NCBI RefSeq assembly: GCF_006345805.1
Contig: NW_021835944.1
Span: 1 to 37,225, forward strand
Origin: Octopus sinensis
Lineage: Eukaryota
DNA: 37,225 nt
Direction of reading: 5' to 3'
In this document: positions 10,470-23,378 of the stretch, in pieces
Layout of the letters: every line of letters begins with the position of its first letter
Numbering within the stretch: position 1 is the stretch's first letter
Program-made: the position numbers and the translations under genes
The notes under the pieces: model-generated
What the model was told of the DNA's origin: nothing
What the model saw: only the letters and a program-made list of their open reading frames with translations
Database searches by the model: none

Positions 10470-10735
10470 TATCCTTTCGGAACAGATAAAATAATGTGCC
10501 AGCCAAATACTGCAGTCGGTGGAATCGAATAGTCCCCTCCCACGAAAATCTCTGACCTTGAACCAAGAATAGAAACTCTTGGTATTACCAATTTTTATAG
10601 CTATTATTAGGGCGGTGAAATGGTAGAACGGTTAGCATCATTTCTTCCTACTCTTTACATTCTGAGTTCCATTTCGATGTATCGACAAACCCCTCCTCTT
10701 ATAATTGTTCGCCTTGTGCCAAAATTCGAAGCAAT
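10470..10735 (+). mobile_element. Two degenerate family B SINE remnants
   Basis: GTCGGTGGAATCGA..CCCCTCCCACGAAAAT..GACCTTG and AGGGCGGTGAAATGGTAGAACGGTTAGC..TTCTGAGTTC..GCCTTGTGCCAAAATTCGAA. Confidence 0.6.
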
Positions 10736-11863
10736 TATCACCATAACAATAATTATCATCTTTAACGTGTGGTTATTTATTTTATTTTGTTTATTTTTTA
10801 TTTTGTTTTTGCTTTTTTTTTCCAGCAAAATAAATTTATGTTGCGTTAAACAGATTCCAAGCTACTGCATCGAGTTTACTGCGTCAAACATTTGGTTAAG
10901 GTTAGCAATTCAAATAAACAGAACCGTTTCTTTTCTTTGATTAAATCCGTTCACTCACACACTATCATCAAGAGCACCACCACCACCACCACCACTCCTA
11001 TCACAGCTTTCTGTTCACTCTGTCTTTCTCTCTCTCTCTCTCTTACTCCCCGCCTCCGTACTCTTCACTCTGATTTCGGCTTGTGACGTTTACAGAAGCA
11101 TGGTGATAATGATAATGATGTGGAGTTGTGAGCAAATTTATTGACTAGAGATAACTGGTGTATTCAGGTGTGACAACCAGTGAGATACAGCACTGTTCTT
11201 GAATATCATTTATATTCGGTTGTGTAACCTTGTGGCTGCAACAGCAGCAGCAGTCGTAGCAGTCGTAGCAGCAGCAGCAGCAGTAGTAGTAGTAGTTATT
11301 ATTGTTGTAGAAAATTCCTCATGACATTGTTGCTGTTGTTGTTTTTGTTGATGTTTATTACTCTTTCGTCCTCGGTCAGGTCTTTCATTAAAGTCATCTG
11401 CATCTTATACATTTCATCCCTCCTCTTTTATTTTTGATGCATTTCCGGAAAAAGATGTTGATATGACTGCTATTTCTAGCAGCTGTAACAACCTCGTCGT
11501 CGGTTCGTCATTTGGCCATTTGTAAACTTAGTGTAATGGAAACGTTGGAAAATGTTTCATATTGTTAACGTTTAGCCCTGGGTCATCCACGATTGAGAAA
11601 ACATGCTGGGAGGCAATCTTGTCACGACCAACTACAACCTCCAGATTTTCTTGCTTTGTGTTTTTATTAGTAACTATTAGTGGTGGTTTAGCTGAATCAT
11701 CAGTGTCTTAGAACCATGTCTTACAGTAATTGTTGCGAGTCTTTACATTACGAGTCCAAACCACACTATTGTGTACAGGAGACGATGGATTCGACATCAT
11801 TTATCCTCACATCCGTTGGATTAATATTGTTGTTGTTGTTGTTGTTATTCCTGTTTGTTATAG

Positions 11864-11884
11864 GATTCAGAAAATCGTTACAGC
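11864..11884 (+). CDS. Candidate 21-nt symmetric microexon (IQKIVT), or the start of a longer exon
   Basis: Strong acceptor ttcctgtttgttatag and donor AGC|gtaaga. Alternative longer readings exist (DSENRYSVRENVLHEEPSP..; MSYTKNPAHH..Q|gtgacc). Confidence 0.15.
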
Positions 11885-13124
11885 GTAAGAGAAAATGTCT
11901 TACACGAAGAACCCAGCCCATCATTATCAAAGGAGTCCTTTTCAAACAATAGTTCCCAACCATTCTTTACCTAGGAGCCCCTATGATTCTTATGTTACTC
12001 AGGTGACCCTCGTACTCATTCGATGTTTAAACACATCCAAATTAGATATTATTAGAAATTATATAAAAATAATTGTTAAAATAGTTTGTGTATTTTAGAA
12101 GTATAACCAATTTATTGTGCTAAAGTTTTAATAGACAAATCGTATTTTGAACCCCGAGGGTCATATAGCTACTGCCATAACAATTATTAAACGCAATTTG
12201 AGGAAGATTTGTTTGCTATTTTTAGTAGGACATAGAACCACGAAAAGGTTTCCTCCTTGCTTATGCGTAACCAAGTGTAGTGCGCAGTTTGGTACAGCAA
12301 TGATGTCATATTATGAAATAATGGGGTATCTTGTTTAATGTTATATATAGCTTCGACGATATGTAAGAGTGCTTTTTGTTGTTTTCTTTTTTCTAACTTT
12401 TGAATTACATTTTATTAATAGCATATTTTTACCAGAAGAAAAGAAAGAAAAATACATTAAAATTAGAAAATATTAAATTATCGACAAAAAATTCAATAAC
12501 TATTTCACCAAGGAAACGAAGAAGAGAGAAAAAAGGGAGTAAGGCGCAGAAGACGGGTGGAGAGGAAATAACGGTTGTATACCGCAGAACAAATAGCATA
12601 TTTTGTTGACTGACTATTAATGACTGACCGTTAGTGATTAACCATTTCCCTTGTTGCTACTGTTTGTTAGTGACTGACTATGTAGGTGACAGACTGACGC
12701 TATTTATGTAAGGTTAGTAAGTAACTCTTATTGAAAACGGTTTGCGATTGATCGTTTATGACTTACTGTTAGTGGTTAGTAAATGGTGGTGGCAGGTTGG
12801 TAGTAGGTGTTTGTTAGTCATCGACAATGAGACACAATCAGTCACAAACAATCAATGAATAATGGCCTACGACTGTCTCCTCTTGATCTTCATAGATCAA
12901 CTTGTAAGACTATTTTTGATTGACAACAGATAAAATATTACTCGGAGATCATCTTGGATAAGTGGCATGTCAAGCAAATATCACAAAGATAATTCGGTCA
13001 GTGATACATAATACAGCATATGTGTTGGAGTAATTCCAGTGATGTCTTTCAAGCTAAATATGGGAAGCTTAGAAAAATCGCCAATGATGAGACACATATG
13101 TTTCATCTGTTACCTTTTACTTCT

Positions 13125-13300
13125 TTCCACCGTTAGCCTGCGGTCATGCTAGGGCAACGGCTTGAGAATTCTAGTTGAAAGAATCGACCCCAGTACTAAT
13201 TTTTTAAGAGACTGGTACCTATCGTGTTGGTCTTTTACGGGAACGTAAAGATACGAACACCACTTATATCAGGCGGCTGTGGGAGACAAATACACACAAA
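13125..13300 (-). mobile_element. Family C-related 3' fragment (variant subfamily)
   Basis: CTGCGGTCATGCTAGGGCA..GAATCGACCCCAGTACT..TGGTAC. Confidence 0.5.
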
Positions 13301-13319
13301 ACACCTCCCATCACAGAGA

Positions 13320-13456
13320 CGTTTCAGTCATATGACTGCGGCCATGCTGGAGCACCGCCTTTAGTCGATACCAGGACTTATTATTTTTAAGCCTAGTACT
13401 TATTCTATGGGTCACTTTGGTCGAAACGCTATGTTACGGGGACATAACACACACAC

Positions 13457-13488
<32 letters not shown>

Positions 13489-13633
13489 GCAACGAGCTTC
13501 TTTCAGTTTCCGTCAACCAAATGCATACACAACAACACTATGGTCAGCCCCGAGGCTATAGCATAAGACATTTGTCCAACGAGTCGCGCGGTGGGGTTGA
13601 ACCATGAGGTTAGAAAACAAATTTCTTACCACA
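13320..13633 (-). mobile_element. Diverged SINE, family C
   Basis: TTTCAGTCATATGACTGCGGCCATGCTGGAGCACCGCC..TTTCAGTTTCCGTCAACCAAAT..CCCGAGGCTATAG. Confidence 0.8.
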
Positions 13634-14162
13634 TATATATTGTTATATGAGTAATATCCCGATTTTATGGTAATATAAAAATGACTAAGTGCACCTCTTC
13701 AACTTAAAAAGATATAAAAATTCATTATTAAACTCTTGTCCAATTTTATACATTTGCGCTATAAATTTCTATAAATCTAGTTCTCTATAAAATAATTTAT
13801 TTGTAATGTGCACCAAGCGACTTGATGCTTTCGTTTTATTATCGTCTATCACAAAAATTCTTCCCCATCTTTATTGATTAAAGAAAATTAATATTTATAA
13901 TTATATCGACCTCGTTATAAGAGGACATATAACATCTAATATTAAGTTGGCATTAAACCTTGAGCTATAGATGATTATTGCCAGTAGTTTTGGTTTAAAT
14001 TAAAGTCAGTGATTAAACTACTGAGAATTTTTTCCAAAGTGTATCATAGTTCATAAACGGAAACTTGCTATATAGCAATTAACAAACCACGAATAAATCT
14101 ATTTAACATGGACATTAACACACTTATCATTTACAAAGATGGAGTCTGTTATATAGACAACT

Positions 14163-14712
14163 AAGAGCGGCGAGCTAGCAGAACTGATAATGCATGGGAC
14201 ATAACCCTAACAGGCCATTTTCTTTCCGCATTTTAAAATTTGAATTTAATTTCTGCCCAGGTCGACTTTGCCCTTCATATCTTTCGTCGTCGATGAAATA
14301 ATACCAGTTGCGTACTGGACTCTGTTACATAAAAAAATTGAGAGCGGCGAGCTAGTGGAACCGTTAGTGAATGGGACAAAACAAAGCCTTACGGGCAATT
14401 TCTTTCCGCTTTTTAAAATTCGAGTTAAATTTCGGCCGAGTTCGACTTCACCTTTAATTCTTTCAGGGTCTATAAAATAATGATAATACAAGTTGAGCAC
14501 TGGAGTCGATGTAATCGACTAGATTCCTCCCCAAAATTTCAGTACTTGTGCCTTTAGTAGTAACCTTCATTTATATAAATGAGAGCGGCCGACTATCAGA
14601 ATCTGTATTGTGTCGAACAAAAACTAATGGATTTTTCTTATCCCGCGTTACGTTTTAGATTAATTTCCGCCAAGATCGACTGTTTATTCTTTCAATCTTC
14701 ATAAATTAAGGT
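14163..14712 (+). mobile_element. Three head-to-tail family B SINEs (starts near 14163, 14340, 14581)
   Basis: Each begins AGAGCGGC and contains the GTCGACTT/TTCGACTT/ATCGACT body motif. Confidence 0.7.
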
Positions 14713-15211
14713 AGATAAAGTAGCAACGAAAAAACTGGGGCTAGCTAATATAATCATCTCACCTCACCTCCCAAATTGTTGGACTTCTTCCCAACTTTGA
14801 AACCCTTAAAGAGAGAACTGAAGCACTAAAAGAGCTGATGGATTTTACTTGATCCTTTACTTCAAGAATTATCGGGACAGAATTCCATTCCTTTTATACC
14901 CTTCTATGAGTCATTATCGTATCCTTCAGAATATAATCATCGTCACTTTTATCAGTGTGTGTATGTGGGATGGGGGGTATTACTTCCCTTAAAACAAAAA
15001 TTGTTGAGGTAGTCCTAGAAATTGCGATGACCAATTCGCTGCCGGACTGATTTTTTATTGATAAACGCCTAATCGGTGTTATTGATCTTGGACAAAAATA
15101 ACATGATAATACCACTTACAGCAACGACAACATTAGTTATAATTGAGAAAGCCTCTGAGCCGTTTTAATCACGTGTCCGCTGCTTCAACACAACGGTGTA
15201 CCTTTGTGTAG

Positions 15212-15269
15212 ATATGATCTGCCGACCATCTTTCGGCAATCTGGAGTCCTGCGTTCTGAGACTCGACAT
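15212..15269 (+). CDS. Best candidate internal exon, 58 nt (YDLPTIFRQSGVLRSETRH or MICRPSFGNLESCVLRLD)
   Basis: gtacctttgtgtag acceptor, consensus gtaagt donor, locally GC-richer unique sequence, two open frames. Product not recognised. Confidence 0.3.
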
Positions 15270-15411
15270 GTAAGTCGGTATGTTCTGTTGATTAATGTGA
15301 CTGTTAATCTTAATGAATGCCTCGAGGGACTGATTCGAAGTGTGTGCAGTATTTATTTCCGTATTAACCGCATTGATCCGTTCCACACGTAGGTGTTTAT
15401 ATAACTTACAG

Positions 15412-15472
15412 TTTGGCAAGGCAAGACCATAGGAATATTGCCAGAGCATGTTTTTCGTATTGCTTATTGGAC
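15412..15472 (+). CDS. Weak candidate exon (LARQDHRNIARACFSYCLLD)
   Basis: ataacttacag acceptor, gtaaag or gtgaac donor. In phase with the MICRP.. reading of 15212-15269. Confidence 0.15.
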
Positions 15473-15499
15473 GTAAAGGTGAACATGAAGAGTATAGCG

Positions 15500-15549
15500 A
15501 GTGACTGAGAGTAAGGGGACAGAAAGAGACGAAGGGGGAAAGAAGAGAG

Positions 15550-15582
<33 letters not shown>

Positions 15583-15765
15583 GGAGAGATAGAGAGAGAG
15601 GAGGAAATAGTAATAGAACGGAGAAGAGAGGGATGGAGAACAGGATAAATACAGAAAGGAGAGAACAAAAAGAGACAAAAAGCGAGAATGAGAAATAGCA
15701 AGAGAGAACTGCATCGAGAGAAATATAGATAAAGGCTTAGAGAGAAATTAGAGAGAAAGAGAAAA
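15500..15765. repeat. Polypurine (GA)n-rich tract
   Basis: Read directly from the sequence. Confidence 0.9.
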
Positions 15766-15781
15766 TAACAGAGACAATGCA

Positions 15782-15782
<1 letters not shown>

Positions 15783-15837
<55 letters not shown>

Positions 15838-15851
15838 ATATACATACATAG

Positions 15852-15885
<34 letters not shown>

Positions 15886-15886
15886 T

Positions 15887-15921
<35 letters not shown>

Positions 15922-16099
15922 CATATAAATACATATATATATATATATACATACATATAAATACATATATATATACATATAAATACATATATATATATAT
16001 ATACATACAAAAAATACATATATATATATTACATATAAATACATATATATATATATTACATACAAATAAATACATATATATATATATATAATATATATA

Positions 16100-16139
<40 letters not shown>

Positions 16140-16278
16140 CACACACACACATATATATATATTACACATACATACATATATATATATATATAGATATATA
16201 TACATTCATGCTTGTGTGCATATACATGTGTGAATTTATATCTCGTATATATATTATATATACACAGAGACATAAATT

Positions 16279-16332
<54 letters not shown>
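15783..16332. repeat. Compound (TA)n/(TACA)n microsatellite with a higher-order unit
   Basis: Recurrent CATATAAATACA motif between TA runs. Confidence 0.9.
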
Positions 16333-16334
<2 letters not shown>

Positions 16335-17260
16335 GCGTGTTTGTGTATGGTTATATACAAGCGAGACAGTAATAGAAAGAGGGGAATAGAAGAACAGCTG
16401 AGAGAAAGCAGCAGAGTGTGAGAGCGATGCATAGAAGAGTTTCTCTTTCATGATTCTTTGAATTTCGTGGATTTTATACGGCAGCTGATAAAAAGGTGTT
16501 TTCGACCAATGTAACCAAACGCTATCAAACAAAATCCTCCATTTTAAACATGAACGACAGTAGAACACCTCGTTAAACATTGTGGTTGTTAGGGTAGGAA
16601 CTAAAGGAGCTTGGACAAAATCCCAGTCAATGTTTGTCAAATAATGCAGAAAGTTTAATATGAATTGTTTATTTTCGTATGTAGGGAAAATGCAATAAGT
16701 GAATACGGAGTTGGACCGAGATAAATCTATTGTTTTAATCAAACACTTCTGTTTCGATATATTATATATGTCGTGTGTCAATCAAATAACCACAATAATA
16801 AGTAGGAGAGATTTTAGCTTTTAAAATCGGTTGAAATATTGATTTCCAACTCAGACAACATGCACGCCTCAGATTTGAGAAATGGTTAAAACCGATCGAT
16901 TCCTGTTCTCTGTTGGTATTCAATTTATGCACTGAGAATGGTATTAATGTGCCTAAAAATTTAGGGTTAATTTCAGTTCACAGTATGAATACAAGCAAAT
17001 ATATACAACAAAGCATTTTCAAAGCCATTCAAAAGATTTTGCGAAAAACAGCGTATTCATTATAGTGAGAATATTCAATGACAATCTTCTGCATATAACG
17101 CTTGTCGCTAAGAAAAGATGATAGGCAGGTGTGTGTAAGGTGAGTAGAGTATCAGACTAAAAGATACACAGGGAAACAGGGGAAAAAATATACAGTGAAA
17201 TTTGTTAACCTACGCGAGTTCCGTAACATATTCATTTGCAAAAAATGCACTTTCTCTCAG

Positions 17261-17308
17261 TCGTGATTGACATTGAAGTAGCGGAGTTCTCAATTAGGTC
17301 AGACGAAA
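17261..17308 (+). CDS. Weak candidate exon, phase 1-1 (VIDIEVAEFSIRSDE)
   Basis: cactttctctcag acceptor, AAA|gtaaat donor, 48 nt open. Confidence 0.12.
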
Positions 17309-17439
17309 GTAAATATTCATCTGCGCCTGTGTTCAGTCTCTATGCGTCCGCGCTCATATATACATGTATGCGTGAGTGTATGTGCGTGTGTATAAATTTT
17401 TGGTGATAAAAACAGTAAGATGTGGATGTATACATATGT

Positions 17440-17486
17440 GGTGTATATGTGTATATATATATATATATTAATATATATATATATAT

Positions 17487-17518
<32 letters not shown>

Positions 17519-17532
17519 ATATATATATAAGG

Positions 17533-17630
<98 letters not shown>

Positions 17631-17638
17631 ATATATAT

Positions 17639-17675
<37 letters not shown>

Positions 17676-17685
17676 TACATATATA
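17440..17685. repeat. Long interrupted (TA)n
   Basis: Read directly from the sequence. Confidence 0.95.
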
Positions 17686-17699
17686 TATTTGTGCATCTT

Positions 17700-17874
17700 G
17701 TTCTTGTGCATCTTGATGCTGACATAAGTTCTTTACTTTTCCTGATGAGAAGGCGGCGTAATGTACCCCTTATTCCTTCGAAATTAGGAATATGCAGCCT
17801 CCGAAACATATGTCGAAAATAAAATAAAGGAATTTTGTTAATTCGTCGTTCAACTCCATTCTTTCATTTATTTG

Positions 17875-17876
<2 letters not shown>
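17700..17876 (+). mobile_element. Family G Penelope-like pLTR fragment, second copy
   Basis: Homologous to 1690-1860, flanked by (TA)n on both sides. Confidence 0.7.
17728..17832 (+). ncRNA. Type I hammerhead ribozyme, second family G copy, predicted cleavage after 17814
   Basis: TTTTC-CTGATGA(17742-48)-GAAGGC...GCCTCC-GAAA(17803-06)-CATATG-TC-GAAAA. Confidence 0.7.
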
Positions 17877-17960
<84 letters not shown>

Positions 17961-18364
17961 ATCCACAGACACACACATGCACACACATATATGAGGTTAT
18001 ACGTATTTAATTCATGTAATATATATGCTTCCTGCGAAAGCTGAGTCAAAAGCTGCCATGTTATAACTGACTATGTGCATATCATGTAGTTACGAGTATC
18101 TAATGTAATTTGATTCACAGAGGAAAATAAAAACCGATTTTCTACGCACACTGATGTTATTTAACTAGTAAATCCTAATGGACCACACGGACTGAGATCA
18201 ATTAGTGTTGTTAATTAGCATATCACTACATATGCATTGGATTACACGTGTAATTAATAGTGTGCTACTTAGCCATAAATTTGTAATTACACTGAAATAT
18301 GAAACATACAATTATATTAAATATTACATTTTCAGAGTCAGGTTTACAAACTCTCTAATCAAGG

Positions 18365-18371
18365 TGTATGC

Positions 18372-18422
<51 letters not shown>

Positions 18423-18431
18423 GTATGTGTA

Positions 18432-18465
<34 letters not shown>

Positions 18466-18475
18466 TGTATGTGTA

Positions 18476-18522
<47 letters not shown>

Positions 18523-18827
18523 ATATATATATGTATATATATATATATTAAAAAATATATATACATACACACATGCCAGTGTGAGAGTAGAAGAAATATA
18601 CAGCTAAGGTGTATGTTAGCCTCCATGCGAAACACCTTTCGATATATCGTATTAAGCAGTAATTATAATTAACCTTAAATGAGCATTCAGGATTGGAACT
18701 ACACATCGTCGGATAATTTTTACAACAGATAGATGCACACATGCATATAATGTAATCATGTCTCTATATAAATGTACATACGTATGTGTGTGTGTCTGTT
18801 CCCGTCCATTTCTGTGGCTGGCTCTCT

Positions 18828-18920
<93 letters not shown>

Positions 18921-19035
18921 CATATGTCAGTCTATCTGCATATTTCTCTGACTGGTTATGTTTCTGTGTGTGTATGTGCGTGTGTGTGTGTTTGTGTGTG
19001 TGTGAGTGTGTGTGTGTGAGTGTGTGTGTGTGAGT
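18365..19035. repeat. Cluster of (TA)n, (TATC)n and (TG)n microsatellites
   Basis: Read directly; (TATC)n near 18828-18920, (TG)n near 18960-19035. Confidence 0.9.
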
Positions 19036-19339
19036 GTGTCTGAATAAATATGTCCAGACAAAATCACACAACCCTACAAGCAACTCATACAATATATGTG
19101 CAATGCCGCTAAGACAACAAACAGAACGCGTCAAGTGCTGACATTTTAAAAGTGTATTAACTTTAAAAGATAATGTACAACAGACGGACAAATCAGTATG
19201 AAAAACCTCAAAAGAAAAGCTTTCCAAAAATATTCTAAAATTCTAAATAGTTTGTTAAGTCTATTATTAAACAAAATAAAAATTCTCTCTTCGAATCACA
19301 TTTTTCAGAGTTCGCAACAAATAAATACCTATTACGCGT

Positions 19340-19775
<436 letters not shown>

Positions 19776-20284
19776 GACGAAAATACTCAGTCTTAAATCC
19801 AAACGGTGAGACTGAATGACGGAGACAGAAGGATAAGGAAAAAAGAAATTCAAATATGAAGTGATATAGAAAATGTGCGTCCGTATTTGCGTATGCATGC
19901 GTAAGTGTTTGCGTAACAGCCCATGTGTATCTGTATGCATGTGTTCAAACTTTCGTCTGTGTATGCCCCAGGTCTTTCTAATTGCTTAGCTTGTGTATGC
20001 GTGCGTGTGTGTCTTTATATGCGTGTGTGATTGATACTATCTTAAAATATACAGCTGCGAGGTATATTGCTGACTAGATTCTAAGCACATTTATTATAAC
20101 AACTTATATATAATATAACCACTTAGTCACTTTTTGCCTTCAAACGTGCCCAAAATAACGATAACAATAACAACAGTATAAGTAGGCTTAGAGATGTCTT
20201 TTGAATCTTCATTTTTAGCGAGCCAATCAAACTGTAATCTCACTCATTGAAACTAATGTTTTATGCATATACCTATGGGTGAGG

Positions 20285-20740
<456 letters not shown>

Positions 20741-20894
20741 ATCGCTATACATATATAAGCAGATACTCATATATTAATATATTCATACATGTTTTCACAC
20801 ACACAAACACAAACACCGACACAGACACAAACATACACAGATATACACAGACATACAAATATATACAGACACACAAATACATACAGGCACACAC

Positions 20895-21030
20895 AAAACG
20901 AAATGAAATGCAACAAACAGGGTGTATTATATTTACGCTCAGGCAATGGAAGAAGCCTTTAACGTTTCGAGCGTTTGCTCCTCTACAGGAATGTGAGGGA
21001 AAGAAGAATGAATCGAGAATAAATAGAAGA
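20895..21030 (-). mobile_element. Family E Penelope-like fragment with a minimal hammerhead variant
   Basis: Minus strand CTGTAGAG-GAGC-AAAC-GCTC-GAAA-CG-TT-AAAGG (20988-20956). Confidence 0.6.
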
Positions 21031-21074
21031 CCTGTCAAAATTAAACGTGCAAGGTAGCTGATTGCTGCTGTACG

Positions 21075-21453
21075 TGGCACTCCGTCGGATAGGACGACGA
21101 ACGTTCCAGCTAATCTGATCAACGGAACAACCTGCTCGCGAAATTAACGTGCAAATGGTTGAGCATTTCCACAGACAAGTGTAACCTTAATGTATCTGTA
21201 TGCACGTAGTGCTCGGAGAGATTCAACGTGACACAGAGTGTGACAAGCCTGGCCCTTTGAAACAGGAAGAAAGAGTGAGAGAAAGTTGTGTTGAAAGAGT
21301 ACAGCAGGGTTCACCACTACCCCTTGCCGGAGCCTCGTGAAACTTTAGGTGTTTTCGCTCAATAAACATTCATCACGCCCGGTCCGGGAATCGAAACTGT
21401 GATCCTACGACCACGAGTCCGCTGCCCTAACCATTGAGCCATTGCGCCTCCAC
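21075..21453 (-). mobile_element. Chimeric SINE: family D head and body (21453-21263) joined to the family A 3' half (21262-21075)
   Basis: Junction CCCTTTGAAACAGGAAGAAAGAG, compared with family A CCCTTTGAAATACAGG (4801) and family D CAACAGAAGAAAGAG (951). Confidence 0.8.
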
Positions 21454-22639
21454 ATTGGTGGTTTAAGGCAACATAAATGCCTGGACGCCGCTCGTTTTCT
21501 CTACGAACGTTTCTACTTGTTCCTATAAATATTTTAGTGTTTCTTCATATTTTGTAAGATATGTCATTGGTTTATTCGCTTTGGACCAATGGCTTGCGAA
21601 TCCCATATTTCTTAAGGTTAACATTAACATCTTCATCCAAATCTCACGATAATACTTTTGGCATTGCCTCTAATAATTATCACAAAAAGGCAAGTATCAC
21701 AAACCGCTAATTTATAAAATCTCCGTTTTCTACACATAATTAAGTGGTCATTTGTTTGTGATTTATTTAAAATATATTTGCTAGTGTGATCTATATTTGT
21801 TTCGTCCCTCGATTTCGTATGTAACCTGTGTTTTCCCTCGAACGATGTCTTCGATTTTTTTTCGATTTCAGGTTCTACACCAATTTCACCCGCGTTTTAT
21901 AAGTTTTCACACTTTTTGTTTTTGTTTTTTTTTTATTGTTTCGTAGTTTAGGAAATTGTTAAAAAAAAGACTAACGAACAAATATATTGGTAAAACTCTA
22001 ATACGTGAGAACGATAAAAAAATATACAAAGCATAATCGTGGAATTTAAATATTTCTGGATAAATTGATTATATAATTTATATTCTAAGCATGGATTTGA
22101 GTCGGTCTGTGTTGCTAAGTTTAGAGCATTGCCCGACCCCCACCCTATCCCCATGAAAACTAAGTAAATCTTATGTTTAATCAATAAAGTCCATTCCAGC
22201 CTTTGGTAATTATTTTTATCGACTCTGAATGGATGATAGGCAGAGACGACTCACTTATGATTGGAAATAAAATCGTAAATGTAGAAATGTAAATAAATAA
22301 ATAACAAATAATTTAATGTATTTATTCCATTGATATAACGTTCACTTCTGTACTATATACTGGGTAATATTAAATATGACAAAATGTGGCCGAATATATC
22401 AGAATTGAAATAGCGAAAATCAAAATATCATCTAGTATTTAAAAGCGAACGTTCTCATACAGGGATTCATTTTTCTCATAATGTTGTTCATAACATAATT
22501 ATCAAACACACAATTTAGACAATGAAATTCACCATTTTACATTCGTAATAATTAGCTCTAGCTTTGGTACAAGGTTTATAGTTTTACACGTAGCTAGGTA
22601 CCCATAGCTTCGAGGCCACTACTATTGTGACATTTATTT

Positions 22640-22770
22640 TTGCTGATTCTAAAACTATGATAGGTAAATTCGACCAGTGCTGCATTTCATCTCAGGACAT
22701 ACAGAGCCGGCGGAGATGCTGCTAAGAATTTTGCTCGTATTGGTAAATTTCTGTCAATCCGCCGCCAATC
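22640..22770 (-). mobile_element. Degenerate family B SINE
   Basis: GGTAAATTCGACC..TGCTAAGAATTTTGCTCG..TTCTGTCAATCCGCCGCC. Confidence 0.45.
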
Positions 22771-23149
22771 TCTTTTCGTTATGTTGTTACGATTTCTTTC
22801 TAAAGTTAGAAATTGATACTTATTTGAGCTATACGTATGATATTCCTATACCGTCGGAACATAATGTTATGAAGTAGAGAGATTTGATAACTCACGTACT
22901 CGCTTTGAAGATGTATATGGGCTTCTTTGTCTTGCACCATTCAAGGGATTTGTGAATGAGCCTTGTCGAGTATCATCTGACATAGAGTTGTGATATATCA
23001 TTGTGTGCCTGTGTGTGTGTGTGTGTGTTTATAATATATACGTAAATAAATGCATATATCCACACACACACATACACATACAAAACACACACAAAAACAC
23101 AGACACTCACACACTCATATATGTATATATACATTGATCACGATAACAT

Positions 23150-23378
23150 TGGTTTCAAACTTTGGCACAGCCAAGTTCATGGAAGGGGTTGGGTCAATTA
23201 CATCCATCTCAAGAATCAATTACGTTGATCCCAGTAGCTATTTTATCTACCCTGAAAGGATGAAAGGCAAAATCGACCTTGGCAGATTTTGAACTCAGAG
23301 CATAAAGACGGAAGAAATTCTGCTAAGCATTTTTCTCTGCACGGCTTACTAACGATACTTAGCTCACCGCTTTATTGG
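23150..23378 (-). mobile_element. Family B SINE
   Basis: TTGGTTTCAAACTTTGGCACAG..GAAAGGATGAAAGGCAAAATCGACCTTGGCAGATTTTGAACTCAGAG..GCTCACCGCTTTA. Confidence 0.8.

Noticed and set aside
12605-12830. GACT/TAGT-rich periodic stretch
   Set aside because: It looks like a decayed tetranucleotide repeat; no defined unit or structure.
15165-15857. 230-aa minus-strand ORF
   Set aside because: Two-thirds derives from TA and TC repeats. The unique C-terminal part is antisense to better-signalled + strand exon candidates and has no recognisable motif.
16254-16781. 175-aa minus-strand ORF with about 120 aa of unique sequence
   Set aside because: No canonical start, no convincing splice sites, no recognised domain, and it ends in a microsatellite. 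Still worth a BLAST.
16984-17139. Exon candidate YEYKQIY..LVAKKR* with an AAG|gtgagt donor
   Set aside because: The stop precedes the donor and there is no homology; indistinguishable from chance.
21872-21951. Apparent GPI/TM-like terminal exon (STPISPAFYKFSHFLFLFFFYCFVV*)
   Set aside because: The hydrophobicity comes from a poly-T tract.
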